Positions 37,555-48,688 of a DNA stretch of 64,000 nucleotides are shown piece after piece. The stretch spans positions 27,804 to 91,803 of the forward strand of contig JABDJK010000038.1 in the NCBI GenBank assembly GCA_013002535.1. The letters are read 5' to 3'. Below the pieces are notes generated by a model, which ran no database searches, was not told where the DNA came from, and saw only the letters and a program-made list of their open reading frames with translations. Numbering within the stretch: position 1 is the stretch's first letter; each line of letters starts with the position of its first letter. This DNA is from Hyphococcus sp. (GTDB lineage Bacteria; Pseudomonadota; Alphaproteobacteria; Caulobacterales; Parvularculaceae). A program made the position numbers and the translations under genes.

Positions 37555-37848
37555 GGTTGGCTATTTTTGCCGGCATCCAGACGCCCATCGCGATCATGAC
37601 GAGATTTTCCGTCAACGAGACAAACCCGAGCGGCACGTTTGAACCCCCGCCGACGCGGTCGCCTTCGATAAATGTTTGCGACGTTGTCGCGACGTTGTGC
37701 TTTTTCTGAAAGGCGTCGGTTTGGTCACGGGTTTTTCAAGGTGATGGTCGATTGCCTCTTATCCTTTACGCTCTAACAGCCATTTAGATTTGAGCCCATA
37801 GGGGCATGTATGGTCAGGCATTACCATGCGGTAGAGGTCGGCTTGCAT
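37555..37848 (-). pseudogene. Glutaredoxin-MauE/DoxX membrane protein pseudogene
   Basis: MQADLYRMVMPDHTCPYGLK...RKG* (stop), a frameshift in an A-run, then TTSQTFIEGDRVGG fused directly to GSNVPLGFVSLTENLVMIAMGVW. Confidence 0.8.
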
Positions 37849-37987
37849 CTGCGTTGCGACGTTTACTGCTGGGTATCGCCTTTCAGTCGCTGCGGTTCAG
37901 TTTACGCGCAAACACACCTGAAAAATGCAATTTCTCGCAATTCATGGCGGTCGCGCACTAATTTCGCGTGTGATATATAGTTGCGTA

Positions 37988-38596
37988 ATGGACCCTTCAC
38001 TTTACCTCGCCTTCGTTGCCGCCTCGGCGCTCCTCATTTTAACGCCGGGGCCCATGGTGGCGTTTGTCACCGCGACGACGCTTGCCCGCGGGCTCGGCCA
38101 CGGTTTTGTCGCGGTCGCCGGATCGACGCTGGCGTCGGCGATCCAGCTTGGCGTGGTCGCTCTTGGTCTGACGGCGATCCTGAACGCCGCGAGTGAGGCG
38201 TTTGCGATCATCAAGTGGATTGGCGTTGCGTATCTCTTGTTTCTAGGGATCAATGCGTTGCGCTCGCCCGCGGATGCGTTGGCTGCCGGAAAACCAAAAG
38301 CAACGGCGCGGCGCACATTTGTCGAAGCGTTTTTCGTCAACCTCACCAACCCGAAAGCTCTGCTCTTTCACGGGGCCTTCCTGCCGCTTTTTATTTCAGC
38401 GGACGCGCCAGCTGGTCCGCAACTGGCGTTGCTCGCGATGACGTTTTTGGTGATCGCATTCGTCATGGATTGCGGCTGGGCGCTTTTCGCCGCACGCCTG
38501 CAGCCGGTGCTTGCCCACGCCGGGCGCTGGCGGCGCCGACTTACCGGTGGTGTTTTGCTCACCGCTGCGGCCGGCCTGGCGCTGGTGCGGAAATAA
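37988..38596 (+). CDS. LysE-family translocator
   Basis: LTPGPMV, IKWIGVAYLLFLGI, FVEAFFVNLTNPKALLF. Confidence 0.92.
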   Translation: MDPSLYLAFVAASALLILTPGPMVAFVTATTLARGLGHGFVAVAGSTLASAIQLGVVALGLTAILNAASEAFAIIKWIGVAYLLFLGINALRSPADALAAGKPKATARRTFVEAFFVNLTNPKALLFHGAFLPLFISADAPAGPQLALLAMTFLVIAFVMDCGWALFAARLQPVLAHAGRWRRRLTGGVLLTAAAGLALVRK

Positions 38597-38653
38597 GCGG
38601 CAAGCGCTTCCCCTTTTGACGCCCATCCGCTAAACCGCGACGCAATGCTTTGA

Positions 38654-39661
<1,008 letters not shown>

Positions 39662-39697
39662 GCTGGCGCAACAGCGCATTGGCTCCAAAAGATTAAC

Positions 39698-39726
39698 AAA
39701 AGGCGGTGCGATGCGCCGCCTTTTTT
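39698..39726 (+). terminator. Intrinsic terminator after mdh
   Basis: AAAAGGCGG-tgcgatgcg-CCGCCTTTTTT. Confidence 0.75.
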
Positions 39727-39854
39727 CATTTCACCGCAAGAAATAAACGCTTTGACGAAAACCGCCGTCCGTTAGGGTTTCTTCGGCAGTTTTCGTGTTA
39801 GCCCTCCGGCTGCGACATTTGTCGCCAACTAACGCGGCAACGGGAGGGCATGTC

Positions 39855-41957
39855 TTGAAATTGTTGAGTAAATTCTGCACATTAGCGCCAAGCGCCATTG
39901 CCCTTACTGCGGTTATTTCCCCGGCGAAAGCACAAGAAGAAACGCAAAACATTTGCCCGGACCCATCGGCGCTCTTTTGCACCATCGGCGATAAGGTTTT
40001 CTATCTCCCCGGCTTTTTCGATCAGTATAATCCGGTCACCGCCCTCGATATGGTGCGGCGGGTGCCCGGCTTTTCCATCGAACCCGGCGACGATGTGCGC
40101 GGTTTCGGCGGCGCGGCGGGCAATGTTCTAATTGACGGTGAACGCCCCAGCACAAAATCGGCGGACCTCTTTCAAGTGTTGCAACGCATTGGCGCCGGCA
40201 GCGTCGACTACATTGAATTAATCCGTGGCGGCGCCGGCAGTCTCGATACCGCCGGTCAGTCAGTTGTTGTCAATGTGGTGCGCAATACCGGCGCTGGAAC
40301 GCGCGATGCGGCGCCGTGGGAATTCAGCATCGTTAAACGCCGGCCCGGCGGCGGCGTTCGCCCGCAAGGCTCGGTCTCTTATTCCGATACTTTCGGCAAG
40401 ACAAAATATACCATGGGCGCCAACATCTTTGGCATTTCACTGGCATTTCAATCTGAAGAAAACATAACAAGGTTTTCCGGCCTCGATGAAACTCGAAACC
40501 GCAATGGCAATTTCCGGGAACAAGGCGGCGGCTTAAATTTCAAACTGGAACGGCCTTTCGACAATGGCGATAAGGCGCAGATCACAGTTGAGGCGGAGTT
40601 CTTCAAATGGCGCGAGACCTATAATGAAGCGCGCCTGATTGAAAATGGCGATGCGAGTGACGCGTTTTTTACCTTCCCGTTTGAAGATTTTAACTTCGAA
40701 GTCGGCGGCGACTATGAGCACGGGATATCGGAGAACCTTGACATAAAATTCATCGCGCTTTTCAGCCGCGAGTATCAGGACCGGTTAATCGAGTTCGCGG
40801 TGATTGATCCGCCGGCGCCGGATGAGCGCTCTTTGTTCGCGACGGACCGCGAAATTGGCGAATTGATCGGGCGAACGGAGTTGAATTTCACCGGATTTGA
40901 CAGTCACGCCATGCAGTTTGGCGGAGAAATCGCGAAAAACTTTATCGACAATTCGTCGGTGCTTTCTGTCGCTGACGCAACAGGCATGTTGACGCCAGTC
41001 GATATTGCCGGCGTCAATACGCGGGTCTCGGAATTGCGCGGCGAAGTGTTCGTTAAAAATTCCTGGTCGCTGGCGCCAAAATTGACCGTTGACCTGGGCT
41101 TTGCGCTGGAAGCCTCGCGCATTTCGCAATCAGGCGATAACGCTAACAGCCGCGATTTCCTTTATCCCAAACCGTCCCTTACGGTGACCTATGCGGCGAA
41201 TGACAAAACACAATTTCGCCTCGCCGCAGAACGCGAAGTAGGTCAGCTTGATTTTGGCGAATTTGTCAGCGCCGTGAATTTTGACGATGATGATGTCGAT
41301 TTCGGCAATCCGGACTTGCGGCCGCAACGCACCTGGGCCTTCGAGGCGTCCGCCGAACGCCGCTTTGGCGATATCGGCGTGGTGAAATTGACCGGGTTTT
41401 ATGACCACGTGCAGGATGTCGAGGACCTTTTGCCAATAGGCGGTGTGGTCGAGGTGCCCGGCAATATCGGCGACGGCAAAGTCTATGGCGCGGTCATTGA
41501 TGTGACGACGCCGCTTGCCTGGTTCGGGCTAAAAAACGCGCGTCTTGAATCAAGCGCGACTATTCGCGATTCATCTGTGATTGACCCTGTAACTGGTTAC
41601 CCCCGTGAGTTCTCGTTTATGGAGAATACATTTTACGAAATCGAATTCCGCCAGGATTTTCCGGCGTACAAAGTTAGCTGGGGCGCGAGCACAAACAATT
41701 CCAGCGAAGAATTTGGCTTTGGACTGGACGAATTCTCCCGTTTCACACGCGATCAGGAATTAACGGCTTTCATTGAGACGACAGCCATTGATGGGGTGAA
41801 AGTCCGGTTTCAGGTCGGCGATATTTTAAACGTCACCAATGTCCGTGACCGCACTGTCTTTGACGGCTCGCGCGCCTTAAACATGCCGCTCTTCCGCGAG
41901 GTTCGCCGCAGTAACAATGGCGGCAACTTCATTCTGACCCTCAGCGGAACGTTTTAA
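39855..41957 (+). CDS. TonB-dependent receptor
   Basis: TALDMVRRVPGF, GNVLIDGERP plug; GNPDLRP; terminal SGTF; TTG start after GGAGG. Confidence 0.9.
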   Translation: MKLLSKFCTLAPSAIALTAVISPAKAQEETQNICPDPSALFCTIGDKVFYLPGFFDQYNPVTALDMVRRVPGFSIEPGDDVRGFGGAAGNVLIDGERPSTKSADLFQVLQRIGAGSVDYIELIRGGAGSLDTAGQSVVVNVVRNTGAGTRDAAPWEFSIVKRRPGGGVRPQGSVSYSDTFGKTKYTMGANIFGISLAFQSEENITRFSGLDETRNRNGNFREQGGGLNFKLERPFDNGDKAQITVEAEFFKWRETYNEARLIENGDASDAFFTFPFEDFNFEVGGDYEHGISENLDIKFIALFSREYQDRLIEFAVIDPPAPDERSLFATDREIGELIGRTELNFTGFDSHAMQFGGEIAKNFIDNSSVLSVADATGMLTPVDIAGVNTRVSELRGEVFVKNSWSLAPKLTVDLGFALEASRISQSGDNANSRDFLYPKPSLTVTYAANDKTQFRLAAEREVGQLDFGEFVSAVNFDDDDVDFGNPDLRPQRTWAFEASAERRFGDIGVVKLTGFYDHVQDVEDLLPIGGVVEVPGNIGDGKVYGAVIDVTTPLAWFGLKNARLESSATIRDSSVIDPVTGYPREFSFMENTFYEIEFRQDFPAYKVSWGASTNNSSEEFGFGLDEFSRFTRDQELTAFIETTAIDGVKVRFQVGDILNVTNVRDRTVFDGSRALNMPLFREVRRSNNGGNFILTLSGTF

Positions 41958-42301
41958 CGCCCTGAATAAAACCTTTTTGTGTATTGACGGCTGCGGCCGC
42001 AATCGCCGCTGTAGAACCCTTGCGTGCAAAGGCGACGAATACGCCGGAAGGGCGTCTTGATTTCAATTTCCAGATTGAGCCCGCGATGACGCACGGCCGC
42101 CGCTGCGTCGCCGCCGGCTAATTTCTTGGCGCCTTTGAACAAGTGGACATTGTGCTTGTTCTCATAGGTAACGCCCTTGCCCATGGCGGCGCGTTCATTT
42201 TCGCCGACGATCAAAAGTTTTGAGCCTGGATGGGCGTTCGCGCCAGCGATCGAAATAAGACTTATGGCGATTGCGCCCGTTAAGAATTTCAGATTTTTCA
42301 T
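41954..42301 (-). CDS. Secreted basic hypothetical protein
   Basis: GGAGG RBS, signal peptide ANA, Arg-rich C-terminus with two Cys. Confidence 0.65.
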   Translation of the reverse strand: MKNLKFLTGAIAISLISIAGANAHPGSKLLIVGENERAAMGKGVTYENKHNVHLFKGAKKLAGGDAAAAVRHRGLNLEIEIKTPFRRIRRLCTQGFYSGDCGRSRQYTKRFYSGR

Positions 42302-42493
42302 GGCGGCTGTTCCTCCGTTTCTCATTGACGGAATCGTGCGGCCCGGCAAAGCTAGATACAAGGGGCGACAAGAAGCTAATCTCCAGAAGCTCAAACTTTT
42401 TACCGCCAATTTCGCGTGTCGCGCGATTACGTGAAACTAAATTCCCGTCCGAGGCGTATTGCGCTTGCCCGCGGGCGCGATAAGAACAGCGCC

Positions 42494-43645
42494 ATGAAGT
42501 TCCTTTACTCCCATCGAACCCGCGCGTCGGACGGCCAGTATGTTCATATTCGCGAACTGACGAACGCATTAAAAGCGCGCGGGCATAGTATTTTGATGGC
42601 GGGGCCGGAAGGCGATGAAAAAAAATCGCTTGATGCAGGAAGCGGCGGGCGCGGCTTGCGATCGCTCTTTCCGGCGCGCGTTTACGAATGCGCCGAGTAC
42701 GGATATTCTTTTCCCGCCTATCGCCGGCTGGCGGCGGCGGCGAAGTCTTTTGCGCCTGACGTCATCTATGAGCGCTATAATTTGTTTTACCACGCCGGCG
42801 CGTGGGTGAAAGATAAGATCGGGCTTCCGCTAATTATGGAAGTCAATGCGCCGCTAGTGGATGAGCGGAGCGCAAACGGTGAGTTGGCGCTGAAAAAATG
42901 GGGGCGCAGCAGCGAAAACGAAATCTGGCGCGCTGCTGATCACGTCTTGCCCGTCACCGATGCGCTCGCCGACTATGTTCGCCGCGCCGGCGTACCTGAG
43001 AACAAAATCACGATCATACCGAACGGCGTCGGCGAAGAGTTTCTTGCAACACCGAACGGCGGCGAAGTCCGCGCGCGATATGGCCTTGAGAGTAAACTAG
43101 TTCTTGGCTTTACTGGATTCGTGCGCGATTGGCATGGCGTCGATCGCGTCTTGAAATTTATCGCAGGCGAAAGGCGTGCAGATTTGCATCTATTGCTGGT
43201 CGGTAACGGTCCGGAACGCGATAACCTTGAAACGCTTGCGCGGCAACTGAAGATTGAAAACCAATTTACAGTGACTGGCGTCGTTCAGCGCGAAGAAATG
43301 GCGTCGCATGTGGCGGCGTTTGATATCGCATTGCAGCCGGCAGTCGTCGAATATGCGTCGCCGTTGAAGTTGTTCGAATATATGGGGCTGGCGCGCGCCA
43401 TATTAGCGCCAGCCAGCGCCAATATTCGCGAGGTGCTTACCGACGGCGAAGATGCTGTGTTATTTACGCCCGGTAATGACGCGGCATTCGCTGAAGCGTT
43501 ACGGAGACTGACTAACGGCAATGTTCTGCGCGAAAAAATTGGGCGGGTCGCTAAAGCGAACCTGATCCGCAATGATCGCACTTGGGCCGGGAACGCCGCG
43601 CGGGTCGAGAAAATCGCAAATGAACTTCTGGAAGAACAAAAATGA
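42494..43645 (+). CDS. Glycosyltransferase family 4
   Basis: GQYVHI, YERY, IIPNGV, GFTGFVRDWHG, SPLKLFEYM. Confidence 0.92.
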   Translation: MKFLYSHRTRASDGQYVHIRELTNALKARGHSILMAGPEGDEKKSLDAGSGGRGLRSLFPARVYECAEYGYSFPAYRRLAAAAKSFAPDVIYERYNLFYHAGAWVKDKIGLPLIMEVNAPLVDERSANGELALKKWGRSSENEIWRAADHVLPVTDALADYVRRAGVPENKITIIPNGVGEEFLATPNGGEVRARYGLESKLVLGFTGFVRDWHGVDRVLKFIAGERRADLHLLLVGNGPERDNLETLARQLKIENQFTVTGVVQREEMASHVAAFDIALQPAVVEYASPLKLFEYMGLARAILAPASANIREVLTDGEDAVLFTPGNDAAFAEALRRLTNGNVLREKIGRVAKANLIRNDRTWAGNAARVEKIANELLEEQK

Positions 43646-44181
43646 CAAGCAATCACCTTCGGACAGAACGCCTTGTAATTCGTCCATTTGCGGCGCGCGA
43701 CGTTGAGGCGCATGTGGATATGATGATGGATGAGCGGGCTGCGGCGTTCTTGTCGCCGACCGGCAAGCCGCGCAGCCGCGCCGAGGAATGGCGGGCCGCA
43801 GCCTGTTATCTCGGGCATTGGCATATTAGGGGTTTCGGATTCTTTTCGGTCATTGATCCGCAAACCGACGAATGGCTCGGACGGGTCGGACCATGGATGC
43901 CGGAAGGCTGGCCGGGCCTCGAATGCGGCTGGTCAATTTGCCCCGACCATTGGGGAAAAGGCTATGCGCCAGAAGCGGCCGTTGCGACGATAAAATGGAC
44001 ATTCGAAAAATTCCCCGATCTGCCGCGGATCATCTCGGTAATTGACCCGTCAAATGCGAATTCGCAAGCGGTTGCCAAGAAAATTGGCGAGGAAAAAACT
44101 GGAGAAGTTTTCCCGTTTCATGATTTCTCTCTTGATGTCTGGGCGGCGGACAGAGAAGATTGGCTGAAGCAATTTGCCTGA
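43642..44181 (+). CDS. GNAT N-acetyltransferase (RimJ/RimL type)
   Basis: LRTERLVIRP, HWGKGYAPEAA, N.NSQAVAKKIG. Confidence 0.9.
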   Translation: MTSNHLRTERLVIRPFAARDVEAHVDMMMDERAAAFLSPTGKPRSRAEEWRAAACYLGHWHIRGFGFFSVIDPQTDEWLGRVGPWMPEGWPGLECGWSICPDHWGKGYAPEAAVATIKWTFEKFPDLPRIISVIDPSNANSQAVAKKIGEEKTGEVFPFHDFSLDVWAADREDWLKQFA

Positions 44182-44788
44182 CCTGAGGTGCATTCCGGTG
44201 CAAAACGCTAAATCCGTTGACGACTATATTAAAAAAGAAAAAAGCTGGCCGGCAGAGTTAAAAAAACTGCGCGAGATTATGCTTGCGACGCCCCTTGAAG
44301 AAACCATCAAATGGGGGGCGCCCTGTTACACCTATAACGGAAAGAATGTCGTCGGCCTTGTTGGTTTCAAGGACTGGTTCACGCTCTGGTTCCATCAGGG
44401 CGCGCTTCTGAAAGACGAAGAGAAAGTCCTGATCAATGCGCAGGACGGCAAAACCAAAGCGCTGCGTCAATGGCGGATGACGAGTGCAAAAGATATAAAA
44501 CCGTCTACTATCAAGGCATATGTAAAAGAAGCGATTTCCATCGTTGATGAAGGCCGCGAGTTAAAACCGGATCGCGCAAAGCGCCTGGTCGTTGGTCCTG
44601 AACTAAAGGCTGCATTCGCAAAAGATAAAAAAGCCGATGTTGCATTTAAATCGCTCAAGCCGGGCCTGAAACGCGAATATGCTGATTACATCAAGGACGC
44701 TAAACAGGCGGCGACAAAAGATCGCCGCATCGCCAAGATTTTGCCGATGATCAAAAAAGGCGTCGGCCTGAACGACAAATACAAATAA
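44174..44788 (+). CDS. YdeI/OmpD-associated (DUF1801) family protein
   Basis: EETIKWGAPCY, LWFHQGALL, LKPGLKREY..YI..AKQ..T...RI.K. Confidence 0.85.
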   Translation: MPDLRCIPVQNAKSVDDYIKKEKSWPAELKKLREIMLATPLEETIKWGAPCYTYNGKNVVGLVGFKDWFTLWFHQGALLKDEEKVLINAQDGKTKALRQWRMTSAKDIKPSTIKAYVKEAISIVDEGRELKPDRAKRLVVGPELKAAFAKDKKADVAFKSLKPGLKREYADYIKDAKQAATKDRRIAKILPMIKKGVGLNDKYK

Positions 44789-44833
44789 GTTGGCGTTGCC
44801 TTGTCGCTAACAAACCGCCAGAAGGAAAACTTC

Positions 44834-46255
44834 GTGAAATTAATTCAGTTTATCTCCGCCCTCATCATAATTGCGATGCCTGCGTACGCTCAGGAGGCGC
44901 CGCAGGAAACTGCGCCAGCCCTGACCGAAGCGCAAAAGCGAACTGTCGATCAGCTAATTGACAAAGCGCTGGAAGATGATCGCGCCTACGATATTCTGGA
45001 GAGCCTGACGACGGAGATCGGGCCTCGCCTTGGCGGCTCTGAAGCCGAGGCGCGCGCCAGAAACTGGGGTGTTGCAAAACTGCGACGGCTTGGTTTTAAA
45101 AACGTCCGCATCGAGACGTTTGATCTTCCGGCATGGTCGCGAATTTCGGAAAGCGCAGAAATTGTCTCGCCGTTCCCTCAGCCTTTGGCAATCACGGCGC
45201 TCGGTCAATCACCATCGACGCCGGCAGGCGGCGTTTCTGCGGAAGTCGTCCGGTTTCAAACCTTGCCGGAACTTCAAGCTGCGCCCATAGAAGGATTTGA
45301 GGACAAAATCATATTCGTCGATGAACCCATGGCGCGAACCCAGGACGGCTCGGGCTATGGCGCCGGCGTCCAAAAACGTGTTCTCGCCGCGGTCGAGGCG
45401 GAAAAGCGCGGCGCGGCCGCGGCGCTCATCCGATCGGCGGGAACGGACAGTCATCGTATGCCCCACACTGGCGGCATGGTCCGCGGTGGTGCAACTCTAG
45501 GGCCTGCGCCAGCGGCGGCGCTCTCTAACCCAGATGCCGACCAGCTTGCCCGCGCTATGGAGCGCGCAGACGGACCGGTGACGGTACGCCTCGATATCCA
45601 GACTGAGTGGCGCGAAAGCGCTCAATCCGGCAACGTCATCGGTGAAATTCCGGGCGAGACCGATGAGCTTATCGTCATCGGCGGGCATCTCGACAGTTGG
45701 GACAATGGCACTGGCGCCATCGATGACGGCGCCGGGGTTGCGATTACGGTAGCGGCGGCAAAACTAGTTGACGAATTGCGCGGCAAACCGCGCCGCACTA
45801 TTCGCGTCATCATGTGGGGCGCTGAAGAGGTGGGGCTTTGGGGCGCACGCGCCTACGCTGAACAACATGCCGACGAACTCGATAAACACATTATTGCGTC
45901 AGAGTCGGATTTTGGCGCTGGCGAAGTATGGCGTTTCGATACCGGTTTCGGGCCGAGCGCCGAGGGCAAAGTGAAGCCCATGGCCGATGCGCTTCGCCGC
46001 TTGGCGATCGCACCGGGTTTTCCTGTGGCGCGCGGCGGGCCCGACGTCACGCCTTTGCGCGAGGCGGGTGTGCCGGTCGCAACACTTTATCAATCGGGTA
46101 CGGATTATTTTGATCTACACCACACGCCGGATGACACTCTCGACAAGGTTGATCCGGAAAAATTGAAACAGAATGTCGCCGCCTGGGCCGCCTTCATCTA
46201 TATGGCGTCAGAAATGGATGGTGATTTTGGGCGTCTGCCGGTCAAGGGCGAATAA
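44834..46255 (+). CDS. M28-family metallopeptidase, secreted
   Basis: GGHLDSWD.GTGAIDDGAG, WGAEEVG, ESDFG, HHTPDD. Confidence 0.92.
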   Translation: MKLIQFISALIIIAMPAYAQEAPQETAPALTEAQKRTVDQLIDKALEDDRAYDILESLTTEIGPRLGGSEAEARARNWGVAKLRRLGFKNVRIETFDLPAWSRISESAEIVSPFPQPLAITALGQSPSTPAGGVSAEVVRFQTLPELQAAPIEGFEDKIIFVDEPMARTQDGSGYGAGVQKRVLAAVEAEKRGAAAALIRSAGTDSHRMPHTGGMVRGGATLGPAPAAALSNPDADQLARAMERADGPVTVRLDIQTEWRESAQSGNVIGEIPGETDELIVIGGHLDSWDNGTGAIDDGAGVAITVAAAKLVDELRGKPRRTIRVIMWGAEEVGLWGARAYAEQHADELDKHIIASESDFGAGEVWRFDTGFGPSAEGKVKPMADALRRLAIAPGFPVARGGPDVTPLREAGVPVATLYQSGTDYFDLHHTPDDTLDKVDPEKLKQNVAAWAAFIYMASEMDGDFGRLPVKGE

Positions 46256-46293
46256 TCGGCGAATTGTTAAAGAGAATTCGAGGGGTAAGGGTA

Positions 46294-47445
46294 ATGAAGA
46301 AAACAGTATTTTTATCTGTAGCGGCGGCGGCGCTTGCGGCCTGTTCAACTCTAGAAGGCGGCGATCAGAATGCTGCAGCTTCCGTCGCGCCGGAAGCGCC
46401 AAATGGCGCAATCCAGGCGATGCCGATGCCGTCGGCGCCGCTGGATATGTCTAAAACCCTATCGCGGATCTTATTCGCCTCTTGCGCTCAGCAATTGGAA
46501 GACCAATCGCTTTGGGATCAGCTTGCTGTCGAAAACCCTGACCTAACGCTTTACGTTGGCGATAATGTTTATGGCGATGTGCGCTCGAACGATCCGGCGC
46601 TTCCCGAATTGAAAGCCGCCTATATGCGCCTCGCGCAATCGGAGCCATTCTCGCGCTTGCGCGCCGCTGCGCCGATGATTACCGCCTGGGACGACCATGA
46701 TTACGGTATGAATGACGCCGGCGGCGAATATCAGTATAAGGAAGCCTCGCAAGCGCTTTACAATTATGTCTGGGCGGTGCCGGAAGGCGATCCGCGCCGC
46801 ACGCGCCCCGGCACGCATAATTCCTGGATCATCGGCGAAGACGGCAAGCGCGTGCAGATCATTGTGCTTGATACGCGCTATTTCCGTTCGGAACTAAAAC
46901 CCACTGATGAGCGCGGCGCTCGCGGCAAGGAGCGCTATTTGCCGGACGCGGACCCCAAAAAAACAATGCTCGGCGATGAACAATGGGCGTGGCTCGACGG
47001 CGAGCTGCAAAAACCAGCTGATCTGCGGCTCATCGTTTCTTCCGTACAGGTCATATCAGACGGTCATGGCTGGGAGGCCTGGAAGATGCTGCCGGTTGAG
47101 CGCTCGCGCCTTTATCGAATGATAGACAATGTGGGCGCGAAGAATACGCTGATCCTTTCGGGCGACCGTCATTCAGCGGCGCTCTATCGCAAAGAAGGCG
47201 TCGCCAGTCATCCGATTTTTGAGGCGACATCTTCATCAGTCAATCTGCCCGTATCCGGTTTCCGCCGACCTGATGAAGAGCCCTATATGGAGCCGGGTCC
47301 CAACCGCCTCGGGCCCATGTATGAAGAGGCGAATTACGGCGTTCTCGACATCGATTGGGATGCTGGCGCAGTGGTCATCTCCATTCGCGATGAAAATGGC
47401 GATGCCGTGTTAAGCGAAACGCTGGAGTTTGCGGGCGCTGACTGA
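46294..47445 (+). CDS. phoD: Alkaline phosphatase D family lipoprotein
   Basis: Lipobox LAAC; FASC, GDNVYGD, WDDHDYG, LDTRYFR, SGDRH. Confidence 0.9.
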   Translation: MKKTVFLSVAAAALAACSTLEGGDQNAAASVAPEAPNGAIQAMPMPSAPLDMSKTLSRILFASCAQQLEDQSLWDQLAVENPDLTLYVGDNVYGDVRSNDPALPELKAAYMRLAQSEPFSRLRAAAPMITAWDDHDYGMNDAGGEYQYKEASQALYNYVWAVPEGDPRRTRPGTHNSWIIGEDGKRVQIIVLDTRYFRSELKPTDERGARGKERYLPDADPKKTMLGDEQWAWLDGELQKPADLRLIVSSVQVISDGHGWEAWKMLPVERSRLYRMIDNVGAKNTLILSGDRHSAALYRKEGVASHPIFEATSSSVNLPVSGFRRPDEEPYMEPGPNRLGPMYEEANYGVLDIDWDAGAVVISIRDENGDAVLSETLEFAGAD

Positions 47446-48688
47446 TAGTCCGCACCTCATGAAACTTGATAATGATTTCGTCCGGGCGCAATTCCCGGCC
47501 TTTGAGGAGCCTTCGCTTGCAGGGCAAGCGATGTTTGAGAACGCCGGCGGATCTTATGCCTGCCGTCAAGTGATTGACCGTCTAACGCGCTTCTATCGGG
47601 AGCGCAAAGTTCAGCCATACTATGCGTTCGAGCCTTCGCGCCTTGGCGGTGAAGAAATGGATGAGGCGCGCCGCCGCCTTGCTGCAATCATGGGCGTTGA
47701 AACCGACGAAGTTTCATTCGGGCCTTCGACAACGCAAAACACCTATGTGCTGGCGCAGGCTTTCGGTGAATTGTTGTCGGCCGGCCACGCGGTCATCGTC
47801 ACCAACCAGGATCATGAAGCGAACTCCGGGCCGTGGCGGCGCCTTGCCGACCGCGACATTGAGATCCGCGAATGGAAAATTGACGCTGATACCGGCGAAT
47901 TGCCAATTGACGGGCTGAAAGCGCTGCTCGACGATAAGGTGAAACTCGTTTGCTTCCCGCACTGTTCAAACGTTGTCGCCGAGATTAACCCTGTCGCAGA
48001 AATCTGTGCGCTGGTGCGCGACGCTGGCGCCTATTCGTGTGTCGATGGGGTCAGCTATGCGCCTCACGGTCTGCCAAACGTCGCGGCGCTCGGCGCAGAC
48101 ATCTATATGTACTCTGCCTACAAAACTTACGGACCGCATCAGGGGATTATGGTGTTGCGCCGGGGCATTGGCGAAGCGCTGCCCAATCAGGGGCATTTTT
48201 TTAACGCCGATACGCTCTACAAACGAATGACGCCAGCCGGCCCGGATCATGCGCAGGTCGCGGCGTCCGCCGGCATGGCTGACTATATCGACGACCTATA
48301 CGCACATCACACCGACAAACAGGCCGCAGCTCCAGCGGTGGAGCGTGGCGCACATGTCAGCGCGTTGATGCGCGGCTATGAAATTGAACTGGCGCGCCCA
48401 GTCCTTGATTTTTTGAAGTCGAAAAATTCGGTGCGGTTGTTAGGGCCTAGCGATCCGGTCAAAAGAGCGCCGACAATTACCGTTGTTTCCGAAACGCCCG
48501 GCAATGATCTTGCAGCCGCTTTGGCGCCAAAGGGCATCATGGCGGCGGGCGGCAATTTTTATGGCGTACGGTGCCTGGAGGCGATGGGCGTTGATCCGGC
48601 TCACGGCGCTTTGCGCGTCAGCTTTGTGCACTACACCTCAAAAGAAGAAATCGACAAACTTCTAAACGCGCTGGATGAAGTTCTTTAA
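47429..48688 (+). CDS. Class V PLP aminotransferase (cysteine desulfurase-like); alternative start 47459
   Basis: FENAGGS, DHEAN, DGVSYAPH, PLP lysine in SAYKTYGPH. Confidence 0.9.
   Translation: MRALTDSPHLMKLDNDFVRAQFPAFEEPSLAGQAMFENAGGSYACRQVIDRLTRFYRERKVQPYYAFEPSRLGGEEMDEARRRLAAIMGVETDEVSFGPSTTQNTYVLAQAFGELLSAGHAVIVTNQDHEANSGPWRRLADRDIEIREWKIDADTGELPIDGLKALLDDKVKLVCFPHCSNVVAEINPVAEICALVRDAGAYSCVDGVSYAPHGLPNVAALGADIYMYSAYKTYGPHQGIMVLRRGIGEALPNQGHFFNADTLYKRMTPAGPDHAQVAASAGMADYIDDLYAHHTDKQAAAPAVERGAHVSALMRGYEIELARPVLDFLKSKNSVRLLGPSDPVKRAPTITVVSETPGNDLAAALAPKGIMAAGGNFYGVRCLEAMGVDPAHGALRVSFVHYTSKEEIDKLLNALDEVL

Noticed and set aside
37677-37699. Short tandem duplication GCGACGTTGT(C)GCGACGTTGT
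   Set aside because: It encodes the expected NVATT(P/S)Q part of the glutaredoxin pseudogene, so it is likely coincidental.
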